Shown piece after piece: positions 1 through 12,060 of a stretch of 64,000 bases of DNA. The stretch covers positions 50,406,001 through 50,470,000 of the forward strand of contig OX597825.1 in assembly GCA_951406725.2 (NCBI GenBank), read 5' to 3'. Numbering within the stretch: position 1 is the stretch's first letter; each line of letters opens with the position of its first letter. The position numbers and the translations under genes were made by a program. The notes under the pieces are model-generated. The model was not told the DNA's origin. It worked only from the letters and a program-made list of their open reading frames with translations, and did no database searches. Source of the stretch: Octopus vulgaris (taxonomy: Eukaryota).

Positions 1-124
1 GTGGAGGAGCATCATAGCCATGTGTTGAGTGAAATTCTTTGGGGTTTGAATAGTTCACCTCTGGAAATATGTGTGTTTCATTCATCATCGTTTAACTTTG
101 ATTGCATGTGTTGCTCTCTCGCTC
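1..124 (+). repeat. 3' part (internally deleted) of the (AAT)n-associated interspersed repeat, copy 1
   Basis: GGAGCATCATAGCCATGTGTTGAG...GGGGTTTGAATA matches 7968-8013; ends CTCTCGCTC followed by (AAT)n at 125-170, like the other copies. Confidence 0.85.
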
Positions 125-170
<46 letters not shown>

Positions 171-1910
171 TCTCTTGAACAAAAAGAGCAAAAAAGTAAT
201 ATCTGAGTGAATTGACACAGTATATAACTGGTATTTTACTACCAGTCCAGTTTACCATTGGTACTTACTTTATCAATAAAATATTTCACTGTTGGTAATT
301 ACTTTACTAATTGGTAGTTATTGTAACAATCAGGAAGATGAATAATAAATCAGGATTTAAATTTTGATTACATACAGATGAAACTAAATTCTGTAAGTTA
401 TTTAGTACTACACTCTAACAAATATCAGCAGACAATTCTGTATAATCCTTAATGGTCCACCATTTTTACCAAATGTCACCTTCCTGTCAATTTTATATAA
501 TTCTATAATGTATTACAATGGTTTACCATTTGTACCAAATATCAGATACATTACAATTCTAATTGATAATATTTCCTCTTCAGATAAGAAAAATGGTAAC
601 TCCTTAATTTGATTGCAAGAAATTGCTAAAATTTATTTAATGAAACAAAAAGAACAGAAGACAAAACTGACTTCAACAAAATTTGGACTGAGAATGTGAG
701 GTTGATAGGACACTGAATAAAGTATTTGGGTAGATGCACTTCTGACTTCTCATACAGTCCAGATAAAATACAAAATAACAACAGAAGTTATTAAAGGCAG
801 AAGGATTAACAATGTATTAAGTGATAAATGTAATGCTGTACAGGTGTGTTCACAGGGCTCTTTCCTTCCACCCTTCTCTGTATTATAGTTCTTGAAGCAA
901 TAAGACAAAAACTCAAAATTGGGTACCCTCAATAGTTATTATTTGTTGATGACTTCTGTGTCACAGCAGAAATTATCAAAGGCTTTCAAAAGAACTTCCA
1001 AAACTAGATTATTGGGCTGCAGTTAAAAACCTTAATAGTCAATGAGTTAAAGACCAAAGAACTACGTCAAATCAACCCCAAGGAGACATTTTTGTTAAAT
1101 ATTTAAGAAGGGAATGGCGAGAAGTTTATAAAAGACAGATAACAGAGATAAAGTGGTTAACTACAAAAGGTACCAAAAGGTGTCTGAAGAAAAGACATTC
1201 TATGGCTATAGAATGTAAATGAGAGTATATAATATTGCTAAAAATGTTAAACAGTAGTTTTGTTTAGTCTACATTATCAATAGATAGATTTCAATATGAT
1301 GATGAAAAGAAGTGGAGAGAAGAAGAAGAAATTAAACTTGCCCTAATGGAAGTGGAATAACAAACCTGACTAGCATTCCAAATGTGTGTACACTGTTTTC
1401 TGGATATAATATCTAATATAGGGTTTTTGTAGTGTCTCTACAACCTTACTTCAGACAGCTAAACACTGAGTAAGAGAGTATATAGGGAAGTTACCAGCAC
1501 ATACTAGTATCCTATCCAAGTGATAAGATGTAAAGCCTCACATTAACACAAAAGAGTTAAAGAGTAAAGAGTTAGGCACAAGTTATGAAACTTTCTAATA
1601 TGTGAAAGGGTTAACCACTAAGTAAAAAAAAAGACTATCACTATTACACACACACTGAAGAACACAGACATCATTTGAATGAATATAGCCAGCATTTCCT
1701 TGTGTATTGATTCTTTGCTTCTGACTTTGAAATTTCATAAGGAACTGTTTAATTTCCATTGTCTGGGGAGAATGTATTCATGTGATACGAACTTGTTGAA
1801 TGATACGAGTTGTGTAATTAACCTTATTTATTCACTGATTCTTCAGTCTGTTACCTATCCCATTATGCTACAATACACCGGTTATGTCTGCATCAAAACA
1901 TTTATTGGAG

Positions 1911-1958
1911 GGCCTGATGATATAAGTTAATATATCTACATTGAAACACATTGCTGCC
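1911..1958 (+). ncRNA. Degenerate hammerhead-like motif
   Basis: GGC-CTGATGA (1914-1920)...GAAA (1943-1946)-CACATTG...GCC. Stem II is weak and the cleavage triplet is eroded. A YIG-like codon string (TATATAGGG, ~1479) upstream hints at a PLE remnant. Confidence 0.3.
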
Positions 1959-2299
1959 ATAATGTTGCTTTTTATTTCAATCGGAAACAATCCCAAATGA
2001 TAACTAGGAACTCGATTACTTTCGGAGATTTACTTTTTCTTTCTATTCTTCATTATTATTATCGTTATTATTATTATTATCAGCATCATCACCACTACTA
2101 CTATTAATGTTTTTATTTATATTGCCAATATTATTATTATTATTAGTAGTAGTAGTGGTAATATTCATTTTAGCATTATTGTTATGATGATTGTTGTTTT
2201 GGTGGCTATTTCTTAATACATATGTATTGAACTATGAATTCTTTGATAAAACAAATGTTTTATCTCTTCAGCCAGGACTTCTATAACGGCCATTGTGAG

Positions 2300-2520
2300 A
2301 AAATGGTACCACCACCACCACTATTACTACTAATACTGTCGTCACTACCATATCCACCTGTACTACTACCACCACCATTACCTTCAGTACTACCATTACC
2401 ACTACCACCATCATCCCAGTCTATCACTACCATCACCCATACTATTACCACAACCACTACTGCTACCATCACTACCAGTACTACTACCACTACCACCATT
2501 AGTACTACTACCATAACTAG
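2300..2520. repeat. Degenerate (ACC/ACT)n trinucleotide low-complexity tract
   Basis: ACCACC/ACTACT repeats; source of the spurious poly-P/T and poly-V/G ORFs. Confidence 0.9.
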
Positions 2521-3229
2521 CAATGCTTCCTAAATTTTTTTTCTATATTTACCATTTAACGATGCCAAAAGCAATTCTACTTCCTTAAATATTATTTCTT
2601 GCTTGTCTTACAATGTACCCCCAAAAAGAGGAATTGTGAAAGATGAGTATCCTGATTATCCCACTTCACCACTGCCCACTTCCATACACCAATATACTAC
2701 ACAAAATTTTATTTGTTCTGAGGTCTAATTAGTAGAAGTTAACTAAAATAATAACATTTTTTGTCCAGTAGAATTGAAGTTTACTTGTCCTTGTAATGCT
2801 ACAAGAAAATGCATAATTTTTCGTTCAAACGTGGGTTACCTATAATTGGTTGAGGTTCTCACCTGAATGAGTATAAGAAAGACAGTTACAGACTATCAAA
2901 CTAAGAATTCATATGTATATGCTTTTATATATGCTTTTATATATGCAGTATAGTGCATACTTGCATGTGCAGACATAGGTTACTGTGGAGCAATGACAGT
3001 ACTGTTAGTAGTGTCTAGAATAAGTGGTGGGTAACAACAGCAACAATAGCAACAACAACAATAGCAGTTTATGTTGCTCTGAAAGCTCCATGCTTAACAG
3101 TTATCTGCTAATGACAATGGTTTAGAGATTAAAGAATGAATTATTGAAAGATCAAATTAATATATTTACATGTAATAATTATATATTTCTGTCTTGTTGT
3201 CCATATTGAAGAAGTAAACATATATATAA

Positions 3230-4064
3230 CAAATGTTTTGAGACGTTTTTAGGAGAGGCTGTTATAACTATCCTAGATCACTGGAATTTTAGTATATCAT
3301 TACTGTACATCTAATAAACTGACCAGCCAACTTTTGTTATTCCAGATTGAAGGAGACAGCTGTAACAACTCTTTGAACACATCCTGCTAACACTGCTTAT
3401 CACAGCTGACTTGTTTGCAGAATAAAGAGGGGAAGTGAAAGCAATTTGGAAGCTTGCTATGCAATAAAGTTTTGGAGTTAAACTATACAAAAATGCTACT
3501 GAAACTTATGAAATGCTCCATACTGAGCTGAGTATTTCTTTTTTACAGGCACAAGAGCAAAGCATATCTACCAGAAAGCTCATGATGGTCCCCTGTTTTG
3601 ACAGCAAGTGGATCAACTACATCCACTGGGTTCCCTCTAGCCAGAATGTCAACAAAGAGCACTTTGTGGTGGTTTTGAGGATGTTCAAGAAGAAATTTCA
3701 TAGCAAAAGGCTTGAACACCTGCACCAGAACAATGCACCAATCCACAATTTCATCCTGGTAACCAACTACTTGACAAAGATGAATATCAAAATTATCCCA
3801 TATCCTCCCTACAATCCAGACCTTGCTCCTTCTGGTTTTGATTGTTCCCCAAGCCGAAGGAGAAGATGAATGAGGCTGTGACAAGGATCCTGGGAACCTT
3901 CACTTCGGAGGAGTACCATGGGGCCTTCATGATGTGGCTGGGGTACTACAACAAATGCATTGATGTCAGAGGCTCATACATTGAAGGAGTTTAGAGTTTT
4001 AACTTCTTTGAAATTAATAATTGTCTCTCTTAAAAAAGTCTCAGAATTCTGAAATGCACCTTGT
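3230..4064 (+). mobile_element. Tc1/mariner transposon remnant (internally deleted, D,D34D type)
   Basis: ORF 3513-3869 has HLHQNNAPIH and PYPPYNPDLAPSGF (mariner HDNA and YSPDLAP-D motifs). Imperfect TIRs TTTTGAGACGTTTTT (~3236) and AAAAAAGTCTCAGAA (~4033). Confidence 0.8.
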
Positions 4065-4629
4065 GTGATACACACACACACACATATCTGTCTTTGTGTG
4101 GGAGAGTGCGTTTTGATTCTTTTATAATATTTATCTCATAGAGATATCACAAATAATATTTTGCGTAATTAATAATGATCACTAATTAAGGTTTTTGTGT
4201 ATGTTGTGAATGTACAAGAACAATCCTGGAACAGTAATAGATCTTTGTCTGTAATATCTCTCTCTCAAAGTGGTGTTTGAGCTATATCATTAAAAACATT
4301 ATTCACAAAATTTAGTAAGTTGTATATCATAGCACAATAAGGGAAGGAACAAAAATGCTTTTATATCTTCTCATATTCTGTCTTCAAATCACACCAAAGA
4401 AGTACTGTTGGAGTCAATACAAATTCCTGCCATATACTGCTATAAACTGATTGACATTACCACCCTTTCTAACAAACTAACACCACCACACCACTGCCAC
4501 CACCACCAACATGATTAATCATTCATTAGACTGTCTCATTTAATTTCCATCAGTAGCTGTTATTCAGTTAAATTCCATCAAAGGATAAATCTGGCTTTCC
4601 CTCTTCCAGAGCTGTAAAATAAGTACCAT

Positions 4630-4990
4630 TAACACACAGATGCTAATTATTATCATTAATATGTTGCTGTTATTTAATTATGTAACTCAATGGATTGATG
4701 TTATTTAATTAACAAAACATAATTAATATTTAATTAAATAACTCATTAATAAGTCGATGTTACTTAATTAGCCTCATTAATATGTGATATCTAATTTATT
4801 AAATACTAAACATGTTATTTAATTAAATAAGTCATTTGTTGATATTACTTAACTAAATATCCACCTGCTACTATTTAATTGCCTCATTAAAATGTTGATG
4901 ATGTTTAATTAATCAACTAACTCATTAATATGTTGATGTTACTTTATTAAATACCTAATTGAGCTTATTTAAATAACTATTTCCTGTTAC
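4630..4990. repeat. Degenerate AT-rich minisatellite, ~35-bp unit
   Basis: Recurrent TCATTAATATGTTGATGTTATTTAATTAA-like units. Confidence 0.7.
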
Positions 4991-5749
4991 AAAATAAATC
5001 AAGTAAAAACCAAGTAAATTTGAGTTCATATTCACTCATATTCCCATAAAGCTTAATATGACTACCAGTAATAATCAAGTACTTACTTTAATCTCTACTC
5101 TGCAAAAATTACCTTTTATCTTTCACAAGCCTGGAACTTTAAGTAAAACTGTAGAGTGATTTCTCAGTTTCAGTTGGCTATGATGCAATGAGCAGATATA
5201 CATTCATTTGGCACTACTGCCTATGACTCAGTCATTCAAAATGTGACAGTAACGGGCCACAACTTTTATAATCCTCAGTCAGACACCCAAACCACAACAC
5301 CATGCACCTTCACACACACACATATTTATATATCTAAATAAATAATCAGAAAGAAAATACAATTTTTTTTCCAGATTTTTATACATCCAGATTTTTATAC
5401 ATATTTTTAAACATCACATTCATAAATTTGAATAATCTATCATCATACTATTATCATCAAAAGTCATCACATTACCTTCATCATCACATGATCATTACTG
5501 TAATCATCACTATAAGACTATTGATATTGGTAGATTCATATCTTCCTCCAGTATAATTTCATACTGACAGATATGTTTATTTTGAGCTATTCTTGTAAAA
5601 GTGATATTTTTCATCATGCTGATGACAGACAGACAGACAGACACACACATCTATAAATATGACATATACACACACAAATATATAAAGATAAACATAATGC
5701 CTATGAATGTATATATATTTTTTATATATTTTTATCTCATATATTTAAC

Positions 5750-6015
5750 ATAGTAGTTCAAATATTGGTTCATTTTATAGAACAGACTGGTAACTCAAGT
5801 ATTTCTTCAGAGTGCTCAGTAGTGCATGTATGTTTTTGTGTAACCAGTTAATTGCCTTTGTCTATATACTACACAAGTGCTCAAATATTGGTCAAGTTTA
5901 TATATTAAAGCACAGCTCAAGTAAGATTAAGTTTATATATTAGAGAGCAGCTCAAATATTGCTCGAGTATTATTACAAAGCAGCTTAAATATTGACTAAG
6001 TTTATAAATTAAACA
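5750..6015. repeat. Degenerate minisatellite, ~35-bp unit
   Basis: Recurrent GCTCAAATATTGGTCAAGTTTATATATTA-like units. Confidence 0.6.
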
Positions 6016-6635
6016 CCAGTTTCTCTATTGATTAACAATCCCCAACTCAATTTGTGTGTGTGTTAGAGAGAGAGAGAGAGATGAGATGAGATGAGATGAC
6101 AGCTTTAGTTTATATACTTGAGAGTAGCTGTACTATTGGTTAGCAATATCAAATTGTATATGTGTTTGAGGCCGAATGTGTGATAATATATACCAGGTGA
6201 TCTTCCATAGTCATCACTAAAACCTCAAAAGATAACACCACATCGTGATTTTCACAGAAAATTGATAAAAGAAAAACAATTATATCATATTTATTTATAA
6301 ATTTCACTTTTCATTGATTTTTAATAAGTTTTTACAATGTGTCTAGCTGTGTGTTATCTATTTATCAAATGATCTCTTTTTCTATGTATATATAGTTAAC
6401 AGTCTATCTATTAAACAATCTCTGTATATGGTTATAACAATAGGAATGTTATATCTCTTGGATAACACATAATGCAAATGGCAGAGTATATACTATGGTT
6501 TATCTGTCTATATCTATCAGTCTATTTATCTGTCTATAATTTTGAGACAGATAATAACAACAACAAACAGCAGCAGCAAGAAAAAACAACAACAATAACA
6601 ATAATAAATGATGATGATGATAACGATAATAATAA

Positions 6636-7072
6636 TTGTCTTGGTATAAAAGATGGGCTACAGCAAATATTCTGCTCAATACCATAGATTTGCTCATCAG
6701 TTGTTTAACCATACCCAGTTGAGCATGTCCCTTAGTGGCTGACAATATGTGCATCTCTGATTACGAGCAATTTTGGTGGGTTTGGATAATTCACCTTTGG
6801 AAATATGGGTGTTTCATTCAACATCCTTAAACAACCTTTATTCAGGGTCTTTTGAGTGGGATGGGCTACTTGACCTGAAGAAAATTCTAACTGGGCCCCA
6901 CCTGCAAGGTCATGCACTGATTATCTTGGTATGAGATCACCATGTCACAGACATATTATTGTGACGCATGTGCCTGGTGTACTCTTATAAGATGGGTAGT
7001 CATGATGGGTATAGTAGGCTTCATATATTTTACCCCACTGTCACTTTGATGGCATGCACTGCTCTCTCTCTC
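6636..7072 (+). repeat. (AAT)n-associated interspersed repeat, copy 2 (5'-truncated)
   Basis: Colinear with 7823-8299; AAT/AAC/GAT triplets upstream and AAT downstream. Confidence 0.9.
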
Positions 7073-7088
7073 AATGAAAATAATAATA

Positions 7089-7680
7089 ATTTCTTTATTG
7101 GCTACCAAGACCAAAGACAAAATATACAGGACAATACACAAATGAGGGGCAGTGAGGTTAAATAGATAAACAGCAATCAAACACAACAATTAACAAAGAT
7201 ATTAATCAACAATATGCTTTCTCCAATTGTGGAGAGTTCCACCATAAGGTGACCAAAGAGATCTCATGGACTTTGGACCCCTTAACACCAATGGCTCCAT
7301 GGAAGGCACCCTCTCTTCTCAGTTCTCTCCAGCCAACAGGTGCACACTTAGAGTAGACCTATTCACGTGGGCCATTCTTGTCACATTCACCCACCTTTAA
7401 ACGAACTTACTGGGTGACAGTACCTCCCTCTCCAGCCTCACTTTCCTTCTCAGGTGGAACCTGAAAAAGTCAATAAGGCCCTGGCCAAAGAGGAAGGTAC
7501 CCATCTTCAACCCTTTCAATCACATCTCCCACACAAAGTCTTTTGCCATAGCCACCAGACAGAGAAAAACTGCCCTCCCTTCCCAGCCAAAGGAAGAATG
7601 GGGGCAATCTTCATAATGGACTCAGATGATGACCATATTCATCTTACATGTGACAATAACTGTTCAACAAGTCAGCAATG
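7089..7680 (-). mobile_element. 3' end of an L1/Tx1-like LINE (ORF2 C-terminus plus 3' UTR)
   Basis: Minus strand reads LVAMAKDFVWEM*LKGLKMGTFLFGQGLIDFFRFHLRRKVRLEREVLSPSKFV*RWVNV (A-K-x-x-W...F-x-x-RW pattern of L1/Tx1 ORF2 ends) and terminates in CAATAAAGAAAT plus a simple repeat. Confidence 0.55.
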
Positions 7681-7684
7681 AATG

Positions 7685-7718
<34 letters not shown>

Positions 7719-7744
7719 TGATGATGATAAAAATAATAATAATA

Positions 7745-8299
7745 TGCCCTGATGCAGTACTAGGCAGTGGCTCTCATGGCTTCTGACCGTAACTGATTGG
7801 AAGTGTTATCATGCACATTGTTTTGTCTTGGTATAAAAGATGGGCTACAGCAAATATTCTGCTCAATACCACAGATTTGCTTTTCAGTTGTTTGACCTTA
7901 ACCAGTTGACCATGTCCTTTAGTAGCTGACGATATGTGCATCTCTGATCATGAGCAGAAGTAGTGGGGGAGCATCATAGCCATGTGTTGAGAGGGATTCT
8001 TTGGGGTTTGAATAATTCCCCTGTGGAAACATGGGCATTTCATTCAACATCCTTAAACAACCCTTATTCAGGGACCTTTTAAGCAGGATGGGTTACTCGA
8101 CCTGAAGAAAATTCTAACTAGGCCCCACCTGCAGGGTCATGTGCTGTTTATCTTGATACGAGATCACCATGTTGCGCACATATGGTTGTGATGCATGTGC
8201 CTAGTGTACCCTTATCAGACGGGTAGTCATGATGGGTATACTGGGCTTCGCATATTTTACCTTAGTGTCACTTTGATGGCATGCACTGCTCTCACACTC
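7745..8299 (+). repeat. (AAT)n-associated interspersed repeat, copy 3 (longest, ~555 bp)
   Basis: Starts TGCCCTGATGCAG after an AAT/GAT tract and ends CTCACACTC into (AAT)n; three other copies in the window. Confidence 0.9.
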
Positions 8300-8410
8300 A
8301 ATAATAATAATAATAATAATTCATTATTATTTGCATTTGGTTTGCAAGGTATTTGATGTGAATTCATTTATTGGTAGAAATCTTGTTAAACCTTGGGACA
8401 GTCTTTATGA

Positions 8411-8690
8411 CAATAATAATAAACACACACACTAGTTCAATATCACTTCTTTACTGTTGGTCAATCAGGTGAATAACTAATCTAACTAATTAATGAAGTG
8501 TTTGTTTAATGAGTTGGTTAACCAATCAATCAGTTGTTTGCTAGTCAAAATCCTTTTGTCACTATCAAACAATGAATTGCTTAACTAACAGATTGGACAT
8601 ATGATTGATTAGTTAGTTGGTTCAACAGATATTTAACAATTGACTAACATTGAAGTAACACTGAGCCAGTGTGTGTGTTTATTATCATTG
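8411..8690. repeat. Imperfect fold-back (inverted repeat) element
   Basis: CAATAATAATAAACACACACACTAGTTCAATATCACTTC (8411-8449) is an imperfect reverse complement of GAAGTAACACTGAGCCAGTGTGTGTGTTTATTATCATTG (8652-8690). Confidence 0.75.
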
Positions 8691-8726
8691 GTGAAATGAT
8701 CCTCCCAATACACAAAAAAATAATAA

Positions 8727-9120
8727 CAAATATTCTGCTCAGTACCACAGATTTGCTTGTCAGTTGTTTGACCATAACCATGTCACCTTAGTGGCTGACA
8801 TGTGCATCTCTAATTATGAGTAGGAGTAGTGGGGGACCATCATAGCCATTTGTGGAGAGGGATTCTTTGGAGATTGAATAATTTACCACTGGAAACTTTA
8901 ATGTTTCGTTCATCATCTTTAAACAACCCTCATCCAAGGGCAGTTTGAGTGGGATGGGTTATTCAAGCTGAAAAAATTCTAACTGGGCCCCACCTGCAAG
9001 GTCATGTGCTATCAATCTTGATATGAGATCACCATGTCAAACATATATGGTTGTGATGCATCTAACTCGTGTACCTTTATCAGACACGTAGTCATGATGG
9101 CAGGTAATGCTCTTTCACTC
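8727..9120 (+). repeat. (AAT)n-associated interspersed repeat, copy 4 (5'-truncated)
   Basis: Colinear with 7851-8299 apart from an internal deletion; ends TTTCACTC followed by a ~195-bp (AAT)n tract. Confidence 0.9.
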
Positions 9121-9152
<32 letters not shown>

Positions 9153-9164
9153 ATGATAATAATG

Positions 9165-9201
<37 letters not shown>

Positions 9202-9316
9202 CAATAATAATAATAATAATAATAATGATGATGATGAATAATGATAATAACAATAATAATAATAATAATAATAACAATAACAATAATAATAATAATAATG
9301 ATGATAATAATAATAA
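9121..9316. repeat. (AAT)n microsatellite with AAC/GAT variants
   Basis: Seen directly. Confidence 0.97.
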
Positions 9317-9318
9317 TC

Positions 9319-9446
9319 CTTTCTACAATAGGCACAAAGCTTGAAATTTGGTGGGATGGAGCAAGTCAATTACATCAACCACAGTGGTTCACTGGTACTT
9401 GTTATTGACCCCAAAAGGATGAAAGGTAAAGCTGGCCCCAGTGGAA
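9319..9446 (-). mobile_element. SINE fragment (same family as 47217-47447)
   Basis: CTGGTACTT...TTGACCCCAAAAGGATGAAAGG is the reverse complement of the SINE body CATCCTTTCGGGGTTGATAAATTAAGTACC. Confidence 0.7.
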
Positions 9447-9459
9447 CAACAGCAACAAT

Positions 9460-9648
9460 GGGGAGAGCACCCAGAGACAATTAAGTACATAAACCCTGGA
9501 TGCAGCAGGCTGGGACCAACAGAATATTTGCAAAGGCATGAAATGGTAGTTCAGTACATACACTGGTCAATATGCAGCGCATACAATCTCTCTCACAAAG
9601 ACAATTGGTGGGAACACAAACCACCACAAGTTTTCCAGAATACCAATA
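9460..9648 (+). pseudogene. R4/Dong-type RLE non-LTR retrotransposon fragment, part before the piggyBac insertion
   Basis: ETIKYINPGCSRLGPTEYLQRHEMVVQYIHWSIC...WWEHKP corresponds to the zinc-knuckle/RHD region preceding the restriction-like endonuclease. Confidence 0.75.
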
Positions 9649-9652
9649 TTAA

Positions 9653-11936
9653 CCCCTTAATGGATTATCCCAAGTTTACTTGTGCATCGCAAGTGTATCT
9701 TTTTAGAACCAGACGAGTATACTCGGTCAAAATTAACTTTTAATTTTAGCACTCAAATGAGTTTATTTGTTTTGTGTCATTTTCATTTTTGAGCAATCAC
9801 GAATTTACTCTCATTGTCGTACGCCTGGCAGCACATTCCAGTACCATTTCAAAGAATTTATGCTTCTGGGCTTTGAACTTTTACTTCAGTGCATACTCAG
9901 ATTCAGGAGGAGGTTGATGTCCTTTTAGAACTGTCTCGTTTTGATTCTCTATTATTTATACAAATAAGAGAATTATTTATGAATTTTTTTTTCTCAAAAT
10001 GGATGAAGATTTAGATACATTCAGCAATCACGAAATCGATGTTTCATTTCACAATCTGGAAAGCTCCGGGGACAAATTAGACACGTGTAGTTCAGACTCT
10101 GACAATTTTTCAGAAGATGACAAAGAAGATAATCAGATAGATGCACGTGCATGGCACGAAATCAATTGCTTGTCCGATTCTCCTCTTCCACCTCCATCAC
10201 CTCTATTTCCTTTCACTGATAAACCAGGCATAAATTTGGAACAAGATCCTAGTTCTATGACTCCTTTAGATTGTTTTCAACTTTATTTTGATGAATCTCT
10301 TTTGGATCTTATAGGCAAAGAAACGAACAGAATGGCTGAAAGTAAAGCATCAAACTGGGAGCCTGTTACTCCACCTGAAATGATGTTTCTTGGTGTGAAA
10401 ATGTTGATGGGTATTGTCAAGAAACCAGAGGAAGAAATGTATTAGGGCAAAGATCCTTTGCTTAAAACTTCAATATTTGCAAATACAATGTCATACTGAC
10501 ATTACAAGAAGATTCGAGAATATTTGCATTTTACGAACAATGATTCGTTTGATCGAGGAACTCATCCAAACTCAAAACTTTGTAAGATCTACAAAATTTA
10601 CCAAGCCCTAGAAGAGGAGTTTCAAAAATTTTACAACCTTGGAAAAAATGTAACAATCAATGTATCTCTCATGCTTTATAAAGGAAGAATTGCCTGGGTT
10701 CAATTTGTTCCAATCAAACATTCACAATTTGGAATAAAATATTTCATGCTCTGTGAATCTACAACTGGCTATGTATGGTCTTTCATAATTTATGTTGGCA
10801 AAGGTACTTGTTTTGATCCTGAATTTAGAGACCTCCCAATTGCTTCACAAGTTGTCATGACCTTGACGAAGCCTTCACTAAATAAGGGTCATTGCTTGAC
10901 CCTTGACAACTATTATAGCAGCCCCAATTGGCTGATCTGTTGATTGCAAATAAAACAGATGTTTATGGAACTTTGTGACTAAATAGAAAAGAGGTTCCCG
11001 AAGGAATAAAGTCAAGTTAGTGCATATCACTGAGGAAAGGCTATGATACTTTATTGGAAGAATAAGAAAGAGGTCACGTTTCTTTCGACTATTCATAATC
11101 CAGTTCAAGAAAAAGTTCAGACAAGAAGAGAGGAGATTAATCGACCAAAAGTTGTCAGCAACTACAATTCTACGATGGGAGGAGTAGATATATTTAATCA
11201 GCATCTCGTCAATTATCACACCACAAGGAAATGTGGGAAAAAATATTATAAAAATGTATTTTTTCATTTGATGGATTTGACTATCTGGAATGCTTAAGTT
11301 CTGAATATCTCTGGAAACTTCAGCTTCTGCTATGAAATCGCTGAAATTTAAAATGCAAATAATCACCAAGACTATTGAAAAATATAGGCTCTTATTGCCT
11401 CCCATGAAGCCAGGAAGACCATCATCGATCCCACATCCAACAAGATTTGCCCCAGCTGGTCACTTTCCCATGAAAATACCACCAAGTGATAAGAAAAAGA
11501 ACCCTACAAGACAGTGTGTAAAATGCTCAGAGAAGAGAGACGCTAAAAGAAAGAAGATTCAAAGAGAAAGCAGATACACATGTGATGTCTGCAAGATAAC
11601 TTTGTGTGAAACTCCGTGTTTTAAAAATTATCATGCTAAATAAACTATCTCATTTTTTTTTATTTTCCTTTGATGTAAAAGCAATACATCTTGTAAAAAA
11701 TCTTCGATTTTTTATAAGATAGTTAATTTATATGTATTTTTTCAATGTCCAACTTAACTTGTTTAAATCCAAATGAGTAAAAGTATATTTTAATTTCTAT
11801 AATAAAAAATAAAAGAAACAAGATAAAAAACGTTTTTTTTTTTTGTAATTAACACAGCGTATATAATTAAAAAAGGAAATAAAAAAATATGCTCTGAAAT
11901 GAAACGCCTTGTCAAAATAATTGATCCATTAAGGGG
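9653..11936 (+). mobile_element. Full-length defective piggyBac DNA transposon (2284 bp)
   Basis: TTAA at 9649-9652 and 11937-11940; TIRs CCCCTTAATGGAT / ATCCATTAAGGGG; internal transposase pseudogene. Confidence 0.95.
9999..11643 (+). pseudogene. piggyBac (PGBD4-like) transposase with stops and frameshifts
   Basis: Fragments with TINVSLMLYKGR (first catalytic D changed to N), FGIKYFMLCESTTGY, LDNYYSS, YNSTMGGVD and the C-terminal Cys-rich CVKC...CDVCKITLCETPCFKNYH. Confidence 0.92.
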
Positions 11937-11940
11937 TTAA

Positions 11941-12060
11941 TAACTTTTGGAATTTCAGTGTTCAGACTGATTGGGAAATATAGGCAAACTGACCCTATCT
12001 CATTATGAAACATCATATTGAAAAGACTCATCTTGTGATTGATGTTGTAGCCCAGCCCGC
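11941..12060 (+). pseudogene. Continuation of the R4/Dong-type RLE domain after the piggyBac
   Basis: Removing the piggyBac and one TTAA gives in-frame NTNINNFWNFSVQTDWEI*AN*PYLIMK...VIDVVA, matching the WDF-QTD--ANRPD...IDV RLE motif. Confidence 0.75.

Noticed and set aside
2234-2533. Pro/Thr-rich mucin-like or Gly-rich ORFs
   Set aside because: Translation of an ACC/ACT trinucleotide tract; no other coding evidence.
9012-9369. Poly-I/Y/N/L ORFs
   Set aside because: (AAT)n microsatellite.
10878-11405. 175-aa minus-strand ORF
   Set aside because: Antisense shadow of the piggyBac transposase.
9999-11643. Domesticated PGBD gene
   Set aside because: Multiple stops and frameshifts, first catalytic Asp lost, TIRs and TTAA retained: a dead transposon copy.
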